Shown piece by piece: positions 36,406 to 46,671 of a DNA stretch of 53,784 nt. The stretch is from a virus (taxonomy: Duplodnaviria; Caudoviricetes). The DNA lies in IMG/VR virus record IMGVR_UViG_3300021446_000141, positions 1 through 53,784 of that record, one strand, 5' to 3'. Numbering within the stretch: position 1 is the stretch's first letter; every line of letters starts with the position of its first letter. The position numbers were made by a program, and so were the translations under genes. The notes beneath the pieces were generated by a model. That model was not told the DNA's origin and did no database searches. It saw only the letters and a list, made by a program, of their open reading frames with translations.

Positions 36406-36858
36406 ATGGAAGAAGTCGAAGCCATGGACTTCTACAATCGGGTTGTAGGGTCCGAACGTGACACGAAAGAGGTACAAATCGCGGAGGAGTCGGGTGCGGG
36501 TCTAACCGTCACCCTTCAGGTCGTAAACAGGAAGGATCTCCTCGACGAGATCTCGCGTCTGCCGGACGAGATGCTTGAGACCATCTCCGAATCCGAGGAC
36601 GCGGACGAGGCCGAGGAGAACGCAGAGGAGGCTGGTCTGCTCTCGGGGGTAGATGGGACCACGATCGAGGCCTTCGAGAACATCTGTGCGAAATCCCTCA
36701 CCCACCCCGAATGGACGGACATCGAGGTTAACCAGGTCGTCCAGCAACTGGACTTCGAGGTACTGTTCCCCATGGGTGCGGAGGTAATCGAGCTTTCATT
36801 CGCCGAGACGGGTAACATTACGGATTTTCACGATCCCTCCTCGGACGAGAACTCGTAA
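36406..36858 (+). CDS. tail assembly chaperone
   Basis: Between tube and TMP; TTTTAAG promoter at ~36310. Confidence 0.75.
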   Translation: MEEVEAMDFYNRVVGSERDTKEVQIAEESGAGLTVTLQVVNRKDLLDEISRLPDEMLETISESEDADEAEENAEEAGLLSGVDGTTIEAFENICAKSLTHPEWTDIEVNQVVQQLDFEVLFPMGAEVIELSFAETGNITDFHDPSSDENS

Positions 36859-37184
36859 CCCAGTTGGACAAGGGGCTCCGTCCGTCGGTAGAAGTCCCCG
36901 TGCTCTACCACCGAGAGGACTGTCGGTTCCACGGGTACTCCCATGAGCGCGACCGGGTGGACTGTTCCTGTAAGTATGACGAAAATGGTCGCCCGACCGA
37001 TGAGATGGTGGTCCACGAGGAACGTGAGGCACACGCGAAGGAACTCACGGACTTTCAGGTCAAGTTCATGACCGAGGCGACCGCCGTGATGAACGGCGAG
37101 GACCAGGTGGACGAGGACGATATAGATCCCTCGAACGCGGGTCCTGGACTCGGGACACACCAGATGCCTGGTGGCCGGATGTAA
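36816..37184 (+). CDS. -1 frameshift extension of the tail assembly chaperone
   Basis: -1 frame is open from 36816 and contains the slippery G-GAT-TTT at 36822-36828; no good own start. Confidence 0.65.
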   Translation, partial: HYGFSRSLLGRELVTQLDKGLRPSVEVPVLYHREDCRFHGYSHERDRVDCSCKYDENGRPTDEMVVHEEREAHAKELTDFQVKFMTEATAVMNGEDQVDEDDIDPSNAGPGLGTHQMPGGRM

Positions 37185-37200
37185 CCCCCTCCCCCCCAGA

Positions 37201-40200
37201 ATGTTAGGTTTTACGATAGAAAACGTGGTTTCGGTCGTCGAGCAGGTTACGGACCCAGTGAGCGACATCCGTGACGAACTCGACGACATGTCCCGGGACT
37301 TCAAACGTGCTGGGGACGCAGAGAGCGAGTTCGAGGAACATCTGGACGATCTGAAGAACCGCTCGATCGACACCGAGGGGGGCATCAACGACCTACGGTC
37401 CAGTCTGAACGACCTGGACGACGACTTCCGATCGGCTAATCTGGACGACAGTGACGTACTACAGTCCCAAGACACCGACGAGGTAAGCGAGCGGTTCGGT
37501 CGTGGTATCACCGAGGCCCTTGGGGGAGAACTGGAGGGGGATCGGAACGTACTCGCCCAGTATCTGGACCCGGAGGATCGGGTCGAGGACGAGATCGGTG
37601 ACATCGGCAGAGTCGCACTTACTACCAGGGACGACATCGACGTACTCGGCGACGAGGTAGTCGATACGACCGACGACAAGCGGGGCCTAATGTCGGCCGT
37701 ACAGGCCCTCTCTGTGGACTTAGACGAGCTATCGGAGTCCACAGTACGGAGTATCTCCAAATTTGAGACCCTGGACGAGTACCTCGATCATTCTACGGTA
37801 CGACTCCAGCGCATGTCCGAGCAGTCCCAGGCCACTGGGGACGGACTGGATTCCCTCAAACAATCGGAACGGGAACTGTTGGACTCCAACAAGGAACTGC
37901 TCCGGAACCTCGGGATGACCGAGGAACAACTGGAAGGCGTCGGGACGGAAAGCGAGAGTACCTTACGGGCGATGGAGCGTATTCAGGCCGCACAGAGCGA
38001 TCTGAATCGGAAAGAACCTGTCGCCGAGCTACCGTCCAAAGCGGACGAGGATCAGGTCGGAACCCAGATCAGTATGGGCGCAGGCGGCTTCGAGGACGTA
38101 TCAAATATCCGTGCGGCCGAAAAGGCCATAGAGGACCTGGAGGAAGCTGCTGAGGAGAACAACGCCACCTTCGACAAGAAGGCGATGAAGGTGGCCCTCG
38201 CAAACGATAACTTCGAGGAGTTCAACGCACGGATGCGGGACACCCGGAGTCGTCTGGGTGCAGTCGAGGAACGTACGGACGACAACAACAAGTCCTTTTC
38301 GAGGTTTATCGCCACGCTCTATAGGGCCACCACCGAGGCCGACGGGTTTTTCGACGGGATGATCCGGGTCCGGAAGGGGCTCAGACAGGTCGAGGAACAG
38401 GCCGAGGACTCGAACCGCAAGATGACCAAGACAACGAGGGTACTGGGCAATCTCAATGAAAAACTGTCCACGACCTCGTTCTCGATGGGTCCATTCACCA
38501 CGCAACTGTCGAACGTCATCGCACTGTTCCCGCCCCTGATCGCACTCATCTCGGCTGCGGCCGCAGCCCTCGGTGGGTTCCTCTTTGCTGCACTCGGTGC
38601 CGGTGGGGCCCTTGCGGGCATGGGTATCGCCGGATTCCTCGGGATGACCGAGAACATCCAGGGCCAGTTCGCTGGTATCAACAATCGGATGGACGCCACC
38701 AAGGCCCTGGGTAAGGCCGTAAAGAACGCCCTGTACGACGCAATGGCCCCCCTCCGGGAGTCCACCCTCTCGGATGGGACCGACATGACGACCCTGTTCG
38801 TTCAGGCCCTGCGTGGTCTGATCGACGCGGTACACATCGTCTCGGAAGGGCTCGCCGAGATAATCGCCCTCGAAGAGACCAAGGACTTCCTCGAAACGAT
38901 CTCGAAGGCCATCGAGGGTGGAGACGAGTCGGGTCTGGCCGAGACCATGGACGCCTTCAAGTATTCTGTCAAGACCCTTCTGCCCGTACTCGGTGACCTT
39001 CTGGTCGCACTTGGTCGTCGTTTACCCGGAATCATCAAAGGTACCACTGACGTGGCGGAGGGCCTGGCCCCACCCCTCGCCAATTTCCTTCAGACGATCG
39101 GTCCACTGATCCGGGAATCCGGACAGTTCGGCTCGAAAATGCTGACGGTCCTTCTACCCGCATTAGAGGCGGTCATCGAGGGACTGGTCATAGCCTTTAC
39201 CATCGGCAACATGTGGCTGGACCTCCTCGGAAAGATCGCCGATGTGACCGGAATAGACGAGATTCTGGGCGGACTCGCCGAGCCGGCCAAGTCCCTGCTC
39301 TCGATCGTGACAGCACTGAGCACGATCTTTATCTACGTGAAGGTTGTGGGCAAAGTAATCAGCGGCCTCGGGTCCGTCCTCAGTTATTTGGGTGTACCCG
39401 TAAAAAGCCTGGGTACGATGGTACGATACCTGGGTCGGGCCGTCGGGTACCTTGCGAAGCCAGTCAAGGCTGCTGGGGCCGCACTGGGCCGTCTGGCAGG
39501 ACCCGTCAAGTATGTGGGTAGGCTGGCCCTTGGTCTTGCGAGCAGAGTTCTCTATCTCGGAAAGTGGCTGTTCACCCTCGGAAGCTATGTATGGACCGCT
39601 GTGGGCGGACTCTCCGGGTTGGCCGGCACCCTTGGCGCGGTGGCCACCAAGGTGGCAAGTCTGGTTGCAGCCATCAACCCTGTGACGGCAATCATCGCCG
39701 TTCTGGTCGGACTAATCGTGTTGGTCCACACGAAGTTCGATATGCTGATGGGGATCATTAGCGACGTAAAGGGCTACATCCGGAGCCTCCAGGACCGGAT
39801 GGGTAAGTTCGGAGTCGTGCTCGAACCGGTCGTATGGGGCCTGGACACCCTGGCTGCCCTCTTCAAGTTCATCAAGAACCCGATCGAGGCAGCCGCCGAG
39901 TTCCTCGGCTGGATCACGGGTATGGTCGAGGGGCTCGTGGAGGCCCTCACGGGCAACACCTTGAGCGAGAGCCTGAAGACGATCGGTTCGATCCTGGAGA
40001 CGTTGGCTGCACCCTTCTCGCTGTTCGCTGGTCTACTCGGCGGGGCCTCCGATCTCGTCTCGGACCTTGCGGGGACGGTTGCGGACGGAGCACAGGCGTT
40101 CCTCGATATGGGCGCAAAGGCCGTCGAGGCAGGCAAGAAGGTTGCGGAGGGACTCGGCCAAACTGCTGGGGACCTCTGGGAAGGTGGGAAGGACCTGGCC

Positions 40201-41466
40201 GGTGACGCCATACAGAAGGGCAAGGACGTGGCCAACGAGGCCGGTGAGGCAGCAGGCGATGCCCTCGATAGCGCGAAAGACCTGGCTGGGGACGCAGCCG
40301 GCAAGGCCGAGGGCATCTGGAACTCGGTTACCCCCGATGTGGACCTGGGTGGTGCGAAGGAGTCCGGCAAGAAGGCAGCCGAGGAGGCCGGAAAGGTCGC
40401 TGACAAGGCCAAGGACAAAGCCTCGGACATCACCCTGAAGGCCGCTACGGTCGAATTGAAGGGAGATCTGGCCGAGGGTGCCCGTGCGGTCAAAGAGGAG
40501 GTAGATGGAATCAAACAGAAGGCCAAGGACACCGAGGTAGGCCAGATGGGGGCCGATGGTGCTCGTCGGGCCAAAGAGGAGATCCGGAAGGCCAAAGAGG
40601 CCGGTGGAGAGCTAAAGGCCGAGGTGCAGCCGGAGGGCGGGAGCCAGGTCGACGTGCTGCTCGACCGGATCAGTAATCTGGTAGATGTTATCACGGAGGC
40701 CCACCTGGGCGACATCGGGACTGGCGAGATCGACTCCGGCCGACGAAAGGCGGGTGCCCTCCAGGGGGCCCTCGATTCGGCCAAGTCGGTCTTCTCGGGC
40801 TTCGAGATGCCGGTTCCCGGCCAAAACATGTTGGGTACGGCCAAACAGAACGCCACGACCCTACTCGGCAAGGTCCGGGAGGCCGGGTCCATCCTCGGCG
40901 GGATAGGAGGCCCTGACGCCGGACTCGGTGGTCTCGTCTCACAGGCCCGTGAGGTGGGCTCACAGCTTGCTCAATCGGGCCCGGAGGTTGCCGAGGGTCT
41001 GGCCACCGATCCGCTCGGAACGCTCTCTACGGCCGTACAGGGCTCTCTGAGCGGACCTGACCTGTCGGGCTCCATCGAGTCGGTTCCGGCCAACAAGGAG
41101 CAGGCACGCAAGAGCACGATGCGTGTCGGTCGGATGGTAGTCGAGACCGTGAAGGGAGTGGACCTCACCTCGGCAACCCAGCCCGCTCAGACCGTACAGG
41201 GAACGGTCGAACCACAGGAGGTCTCTGGTTCGGAGGAACCCGCCGGGTTGGCCAAGGCCGTGGGCGGGTCGAAGAAGGCACCCCAGGTACGGAAGAAAGA
41301 GCAAACTGCGACCAAGACCGAGAAGAACGTCGAGGTCGACAAGACCTACAACGTCAACATCGAGACGGATTCGGATGAGGACGCGCGGTCGAGGCGCAGC
41401 AAGTTCCGTGACGCCCGCAACCAACTCGAACGGGAGGACCGTGAGGGTGGTTCGGGTATCAGATAA
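37201..41466 (+). CDS. tape measure protein
   Basis: ~1420 aa, helical, with hydrophobic Ala/Gly/Leu repeats; synteny. Confidence 0.9.
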   Translation: MLGFTIENVVSVVEQVTDPVSDIRDELDDMSRDFKRAGDAESEFEEHLDDLKNRSIDTEGGINDLRSSLNDLDDDFRSANLDDSDVLQSQDTDEVSERFGRGITEALGGELEGDRNVLAQYLDPEDRVEDEIGDIGRVALTTRDDIDVLGDEVVDTTDDKRGLMSAVQALSVDLDELSESTVRSISKFETLDEYLDHSTVRLQRMSEQSQATGDGLDSLKQSERELLDSNKELLRNLGMTEEQLEGVGTESESTLRAMERIQAAQSDLNRKEPVAELPSKADEDQVGTQISMGAGGFEDVSNIRAAEKAIEDLEEAAEENNATFDKKAMKVALANDNFEEFNARMRDTRSRLGAVEERTDDNNKSFSRFIATLYRATTEADGFFDGMIRVRKGLRQVEEQAEDSNRKMTKTTRVLGNLNEKLSTTSFSMGPFTTQLSNVIALFPPLIALISAAAAALGGFLFAALGAGGALAGMGIAGFLGMTENIQGQFAGINNRMDATKALGKAVKNALYDAMAPLRESTLSDGTDMTTLFVQALRGLIDAVHIVSEGLAEIIALEETKDFLETISKAIEGGDESGLAETMDAFKYSVKTLLPVLGDLLVALGRRLPGIIKGTTDVAEGLAPPLANFLQTIGPLIRESGQFGSKMLTVLLPALEAVIEGLVIAFTIGNMWLDLLGKIADVTGIDEILGGLAEPAKSLLSIVTALSTIFIYVKVVGKVISGLGSVLSYLGVPVKSLGTMVRYLGRAVGYLAKPVKAAGAALGRLAGPVKYVGRLALGLASRVLYLGKWLFTLGSYVWTAVGGLSGLAGTLGAVATKVASLVAAINPVTAIIAVLVGLIVLVHTKFDMLMGIISDVKGYIRSLQDRMGKFGVVLEPVVWGLDTLAALFKFIKNPIEAAAEFLGWITGMVEGLVEALTGNTLSESLKTIGSILETLAAPFSLFAGLLGGASDLVSDLAGTVADGAQAFLDMGAKAVEAGKKVAEGLGQTAGDLWEGGKDLAGDAIQKGKDVANEAGEAAGDALDSAKDLAGDAAGKAEGIWNSVTPDVDLGGAKESGKKAAEEAGKVADKAKDKASDITLKAATVELKGDLAEGARAVKEEVDGIKQKAKDTEVGQMGADGARRAKEEIRKAKEAGGELKAEVQPEGGSQVDVLLDRISNLVDVITEAHLGDIGTGEIDSGRRKAGALQGALDSAKSVFSGFEMPVPGQNMLGTAKQNATTLLGKVREAGSILGGIGGPDAGLGGLVSQAREVGSQLAQSGPEVAEGLATDPLGTLSTAVQGSLSGPDLSGSIESVPANKEQARKSTMRVGRMVVETVKGVDLTSATQPAQTVQGTVEPQEVSGSEEPAGLAKAVGGSKKAPQVRKKEQTATKTEKNVEVDKTYNVNIETDSDEDARSRRSKFRDARNQLEREDREGGSGIR

Positions 41467-41601
41467 CCCCTCTTCCCTGAGAGGCGCTCAGTTGACGCTC
41501 ACACGGATATGGGTGCGAAAGGATGCCTACCCCTTCCGACCGCACCAAACCGACTGTGAGCCGACTCAGCCGACTTAAGATCGAAGCGAGGGGTAAGTCG
41601 C

Positions 41602-42042
41602 ATGGTCAATGCTTCGGCCAGGAGTGGTGGTGGATCGAGCGAAGGGGGAGAGTGTCGGACCCCAGCCCTCCTTGGTGGGGTGGCACTCACCTTCCGTACG
41701 CCAGAGGTATCTATCGACGGGGAAAGTCGCACGAAGGAGCACAAAATCCTCGATAACACCACGGTCATTCAGCACCTCGGACGGAACGCTGAACAGATCA
41801 CGGTGAAGGGAGTATGTACTCCACAGGAGGCCACGGGTCTCCGGAAGACGCTTGAGTTGGATCAGACCAAGTTCCGTTCGTACGAGTGGTCGGGTGAGGT
41901 CATTGTGAAGACGGTGACGATCGACCCGGTACTCGGTCGGGACCCAGGCCTGGACGAGTGGCTGTACGACTATGACGTGACCATGGTCGAGGTCTCCTCG
42001 GCAGCACCGGACCGCCAGACCTATACGGTCACAGGGGGCTAA
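41602..42042 (+). CDS. tail tube initiator/baseplate protein
   Basis: IQHLGRNAEQITVKG motif; follows TMP. Confidence 0.65.
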   Translation: MVNASARSGGGSSEGGECRTPALLGGVALTFRTPEVSIDGESRTKEHKILDNTTVIQHLGRNAEQITVKGVCTPQEATGLRKTLELDQTKFRSYEWSGEVIVKTVTIDPVLGRDPGLDEWLYDYDVTMVEVSSAAPDRQTYTVTGG

Positions 42043-42046
42043 TACG

Positions 42047-43111
42047 ATGACAGGTCACGATGTAGAGGTCCAGGAGATCGACGTGGAAGTCCAGGTTGGC
42101 GACCAGGAGATGGAACCCATCTCCATCGAGACCGAGATGTATGCCCGTGGCAACTCGAACCACTGTCTCGTGGAGGGTCTCCTTCCGAACGGAACTGAAC
42201 CCAAACCTGGCGAGGACATCGAGATCTTCATCAACAGTTATCAGGTCTTCAAGGGGTACGGGGTACGGGCCAGCAGGACCAAGGATTCTGTCTATACGAT
42301 CGAGGGCTATTCCACGAGGTATGGTCTGGCCCGACTCAACGGAAGTACGACCACGGAGGGCGCTCGCAAGTACAGTGTCAAGGTCTTCCGGGACGAGATG
42401 GAGGAGGCCGGAGTACCCGAGTTTCGGGCGGACGCAGGTGGTAGCTACCGGGGACCGGAGGAGCCGACCACCCACGAGTACGTCAACAAGGGTCTCGTGG
42501 ACGTGATCAACGACATCGCCGAACGGCTCCAGGCATACTGGTGGGTCGACGAATACGGGGTCGTGGTACTGTCGAGCGAGACCCGTCCGGGCGACCACGT
42601 GCTCGATCTGATCAAAGAGGTCAAGGTGGGCGATCAGTCCTCGACGAAGGACACGACCGTGGTGTACGGTGGCAGCCCGGCCTCTCAGTCCGGTATCGAG
42701 TTCGCCACGATGGTACTGGAGGAACGTCTGAAGGGAGACGAGACGAAACAGTCCCAGGAGGGCCAACATGGCGGGGACTTCCGGAGCCTGTTCGTGACTG
42801 ACCGGGACCGGGTACAGAAGAAAAAGAACGCCCAAAAGCAGAACGAGGTCAACGCTGCGGCCAAATCCTTCATGGATGAGCACTACCAGGAAGAGTCTAC
42901 GGGGACAGTCATCACCACTGGGTACGCAGACGTGTACCCATGGCAGGACGTGACCGTTCCGAACTACCCCGAGACCCAATCGCTGGGCAGGGGGCGCTAC
43001 GTCGCAAAGAACGTCCGTCAGCGTGTGAACAACGAGGACGGGTTCATTACAGAGATCGATGTGATGGAGCACCCGCGGGGTGGGGCCAAACCCGACTCCA
43101 GGAGAAATTAG
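42047..43111 (+). CDS. baseplate hub protein
   Basis: VFKGYG, IAERLQAYWWVDEYG, GRYVAKNVRQ...GFITEI. Confidence 0.75.
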   Translation: MTGHDVEVQEIDVEVQVGDQEMEPISIETEMYARGNSNHCLVEGLLPNGTEPKPGEDIEIFINSYQVFKGYGVRASRTKDSVYTIEGYSTRYGLARLNGSTTTEGARKYSVKVFRDEMEEAGVPEFRADAGGSYRGPEEPTTHEYVNKGLVDVINDIAERLQAYWWVDEYGVVVLSSETRPGDHVLDLIKEVKVGDQSSTKDTTVVYGGSPASQSGIEFATMVLEERLKGDETKQSQEGQHGGDFRSLFVTDRDRVQKKKNAQKQNEVNAAAKSFMDEHYQEESTGTVITTGYADVYPWQDVTVPNYPETQSLGRGRYVAKNVRQRVNNEDGFITEIDVMEHPRGGAKPDSRRN

Positions 43112-43112
43112 C

Positions 43113-44222
43113 ATGGTTAGCTCCTCAACCGCCGACTACATTGCCAGGGAGTTCGATCGCCGAAACATCCAGCTTCAGGTCGGAATCGTGGCCCGTGTTA
43201 ACGCACGAGTACGGGAGGGTGACAAGACGAACCACGAGGTCAACGTGGACATGCGTGATGCCGAACACACCCGCTGGGACCTACAGATACCCGTCTCGAT
43301 GGACGGGGAGGTTCGGGTGCCCAAACACGGGGACGTGGTGCTACTCGACTTCGAGGACGCTGACTATGTACACGAGGCCCCCTACGTCACGGACGTGGTG
43401 TACACGAACTATACCCGTGCACCCATGGGCGAGGAGGGTCTGTACAAGATAGTGCGTGGTATCGAGGACCGGGAGTCCCATGACGAGGAAGGGACAAACC
43501 TGGAACGGGACACCTTCGCCTTCGAGCACGACATGTCGAAGGAGTACATGCGAATGGGATGGCGTGATGAGGAAACCCCGGGCAACCGTGAACCCACCAA
43601 GTGGATGGGTCTGTACGACAACCCCGAGTACCCCGACGAGGAACCCCGCCTGATGGCCTCGCAATATGGTACTGATTATGACATCGTGGGGCCCTCGTTC
43701 AACTTCAGTGAGGGCGAGATCGAGGAGATGGTGAACGATCCGGCCATACTCGGTCGGGTGCGACTCGACCCGGACCAGCAGATCAACATCTTCAGCCTCT
43801 CCATGTCCGAGGACACCCCGGAGGTTCCGACCGGAACCGAGTTCTTCGTCTATGACGAAACGAACGGGTCTCCCGGTACGGAACTCCGCTCGCTGTTGAA
43901 ACAGGAGCCAGGTACGGCCGACGAGGCCGGGTGGTCCACGAGCAGTGGTGATCCGCCCATATCCCTCAACACCTCCTACGAGACCGATGAGACGCTTCCC
44001 CTTGAAGACGGTCGGGACGAGTACCGCCGGAAGGGTGAGCCCGTGTGGTCGATCTCGTATGAAGAGGAGTACGGGTCGGGTACGGAACCTAAGTACATTT
44101 CGTTCGGAATCGACTCGCCCTCCGGTACCTCGCTGAGTGCGAGCATACAGGGCATGATCGGGCGAGACCAGAAACGTGACCCGGACCGGATCATCTACGA
44201 CGACTACCCCGAGGCCCCTTGA
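43113..44222 (+). CDS. baseplate spike-like protein with C-terminal extension
   Basis: OB-fold-like VGIVARV...VPKHGDVVLLDF. Confidence 0.65.
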   Translation: MVSSSTADYIAREFDRRNIQLQVGIVARVNARVREGDKTNHEVNVDMRDAEHTRWDLQIPVSMDGEVRVPKHGDVVLLDFEDADYVHEAPYVTDVVYTNYTRAPMGEEGLYKIVRGIEDRESHDEEGTNLERDTFAFEHDMSKEYMRMGWRDEETPGNREPTKWMGLYDNPEYPDEEPRLMASQYGTDYDIVGPSFNFSEGEIEEMVNDPAILGRVRLDPDQQINIFSLSMSEDTPEVPTGTEFFVYDETNGSPGTELRSLLKQEPGTADEAGWSTSSGDPPISLNTSYETDETLPLEDGRDEYRRKGEPVWSISYEEEYGSGTEPKYISFGIDSPSGTSLSASIQGMIGRDQKRDPDRIIYDDYPEAP

Positions 44223-44316
44223 ACTGGACCCACCCGAGTATGGGCTGACCAAAAGCCTTAAGTACCTCCAGCCTGTAACTTTCGTCACGACCTTTTTACG
44301 TTCGGGCGCACGTCGC

Positions 44317-44682
44317 ATGGCCGACCAGGACCACGAGCTTGGGGTCGGGTTCTACCTCGATAAGCAGTTTGACATGAACCCGAACGCCTATGGCGACATC
44401 GAGAGCGCCGATGGTCTCGACAAACTGGCGAGTGATCTCTCGTACTTCCTTCATCAGGAGCTACAGGAATACCTGGGCTCGACCAGTGACCTCGGCACCC
44501 AGGAGGACGCCCGGTTGGCCACACGAGACACGATCGAACGGAACGAGCGGGTGGACTCGATCGTAGGCGCGGTCCAGTTAGACTTCGATCGTTCAAGCGA
44601 GACCCTGCGTATCGAGGTACTGCTCGACACCATCATAGAAGACGGGACCTCGGAGTTGTCCTTCGATATTCGGAGGCGATAG
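44317..44682 (+). CDS. gp25/W-like sheath initiator
   Basis: GDIESADG...NERVDSI; precedes the J-like genes. Confidence 0.65.
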   Translation: MADQDHELGVGFYLDKQFDMNPNAYGDIESADGLDKLASDLSYFLHQELQEYLGSTSDLGTQEDARLATRDTIERNERVDSIVGAVQLDFDRSSETLRIEVLLDTIIEDGTSELSFDIRRR

Positions 44683-44685
44683 TAC

Positions 44686-46671
44686 ATGTACTCGGTGGAC
44701 GAACGGAACACGATCATGTCGAGGTTACAGGGTACGATCAACCGCAAGGTCGACGAACTCACCTCTTTCCTCGACGAGACCACGAACGATCTCGTCACCG
44801 AATCGATGGCACGGGAGATGAATACCCATCAGGAGAAGCTCCTTGCGACTCAACTCATCCACTCCATCGACCACTGTGATGGGGTCGACGAGGACGACCT
44901 CCGTCGGCTCGGACTCGCCGACCAGTACGATCCGGAGGACCTCAACCGGTACCTCTCGTCGGGTCACCTCGACGAGTTAGCGAAGGAATACGGGCTCGTA
45001 CGGGAGGACGGGGAACGTTCGACCGGAACGGTCGAGGTGCAGGTGTCACACGACGAGGTGCGGGTGTACGAGGGTACCGAGGTGGCCACACGCCCGGACA
45101 ACAACAACGAATACAAGTCCTTTTTCGTGGACGCGGACGACGACGGCGAGATCACCACGGATGTGCCCGATGAAGACCTGCCGTACATGACACCCCTGTC
45201 GGGTGAGACCACAGTAGAGGTCCCCGTCATCGCCGAGGACGTGGGTCCCGAGTACGACGTGAATCCCAACACGATACAGTACCTCCCGTCGCCTCCGAAC
45301 AGAATCCAGGGTATCGACAACCCGGTGGGCACCTCCGGCGGGAAGATCAGGGAGTCGGACGAACAACTCAAGTTTCGGATACGGTCGGCCTTGTTCGGCT
45401 CGAACCGGGGGAGTACGGCCCGAGGGGTTGAGATCTACGCACTGGAGGAGGTCGATGGTATCAACGACATCTACCTCGACGAATACCCACAGTACGACCC
45501 GATCTATGTCGATGTGGTGACGGATGGGGGTAGTACAACCGAAACGGCCGACGTGCTGGACGACGCACAACCGTCGGCCATGAGACATATCCCCCGTGAC
45601 CCCGAGGTGTACCGTGTGGCCGTACGGTGTGACCTGCTGGACGGGGACGATACGGTCGACGCCTCCGCCGTGGAGACGACCATCACGGAGTACCTCCAGA
45701 ACCTTGATCTCGGGGAGGACATCTACCGCAGCAACATCCGTTCGGTCATCATGGACGCGGACGACTCGATCCAAAACATCGAGGCGTTGAGTCTGAGGGT
45801 GTCCCGGATCGACAACGAGCGGCATCGGTTTTTCGACAACCAGGACCAGTACGGTCTGAAACTCTCGATCCGGGAGCAACGGTACATCCAGGAGGAGGTA
45901 TTCCGGAACGGTACGGCCCAGTACCCTATCGAGGTCCTTCCGATCGAACCCGGTACGATCGACGTGGAGGAGGACAACTACAACGAAATCATCACCTATA
46001 CGGAGGGAACGGACTACCAGACGGTGGACCCGAACGGGGAAGGGTATCCGACCGCAATCGAGTGGCTCTCCGGTGGTTCCAGCCCTTCCCCTGGGTCGAT
46101 ATTCAAGATACTCTACAAGAACAACTCCGAGGTCCGGGGCGAGGACAGCACCTCCTATTCGTCGGGAACAGACGTGTACGACCTCAAGTATACGGCTATG
46201 TCAGAAGACGCACAAGTTCGGGTCCCCGACGGCTCGGGTGGGTACACACGGTATGAGGAGGGAGTAGACTTCGGCCTCGTGAACCCCGACGGGGACGGGT
46301 ACTATCAAGCCATCGACTGGAGTGTGAGCGGAGGGAGCCCTGCTGATGGCGAGACGATGAACTTCTACTACGAGGTGCCCACCGTGGGCATCGAAGAGGT
46401 GCGTGGTACGGTCAACGACGCCGACTACGCCTTCGAGGAGCCCGTCGACTACGACGAGAACCGTCCCGACGAGGCCCAGTATCCGTACGTACAGGACATC
46501 GTGTGGGACCCCAACGGGACCACGCCGGACCCCAAAACTGAGTTTACCGTGGACTACCTCGCCAACGCGCCCATCGGGGAGGACCTGGAGATAGATCCGA
46601 TCAAGAAGATCTCCCCTGACACGGAGGAGATCGACGTGCGGACGTATACGGAGGCCGAGATCTATGGCTAA
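44686..46671 (+). CDS. baseplate J-like wedge protein 1
   Basis: LDELAKEYGLVR, AEDVGPEYDV, GGKIRESDEQLKFRI. Confidence 0.85.
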   Translation: MYSVDERNTIMSRLQGTINRKVDELTSFLDETTNDLVTESMAREMNTHQEKLLATQLIHSIDHCDGVDEDDLRRLGLADQYDPEDLNRYLSSGHLDELAKEYGLVREDGERSTGTVEVQVSHDEVRVYEGTEVATRPDNNNEYKSFFVDADDDGEITTDVPDEDLPYMTPLSGETTVEVPVIAEDVGPEYDVNPNTIQYLPSPPNRIQGIDNPVGTSGGKIRESDEQLKFRIRSALFGSNRGSTARGVEIYALEEVDGINDIYLDEYPQYDPIYVDVVTDGGSTTETADVLDDAQPSAMRHIPRDPEVYRVAVRCDLLDGDDTVDASAVETTITEYLQNLDLGEDIYRSNIRSVIMDADDSIQNIEALSLRVSRIDNERHRFFDNQDQYGLKLSIREQRYIQEEVFRNGTAQYPIEVLPIEPGTIDVEEDNYNEIITYTEGTDYQTVDPNGEGYPTAIEWLSGGSSPSPGSIFKILYKNNSEVRGEDSTSYSSGTDVYDLKYTAMSEDAQVRVPDGSGGYTRYEEGVDFGLVNPDGDGYYQAIDWSVSGGSPADGETMNFYYEVPTVGIEEVRGTVNDADYAFEEPVDYDENRPDEAQYPYVQDIVWDPNGTTPDPKTEFTVDYLANAPIGEDLEIDPIKKISPDTEEIDVRTYTEAEIYG

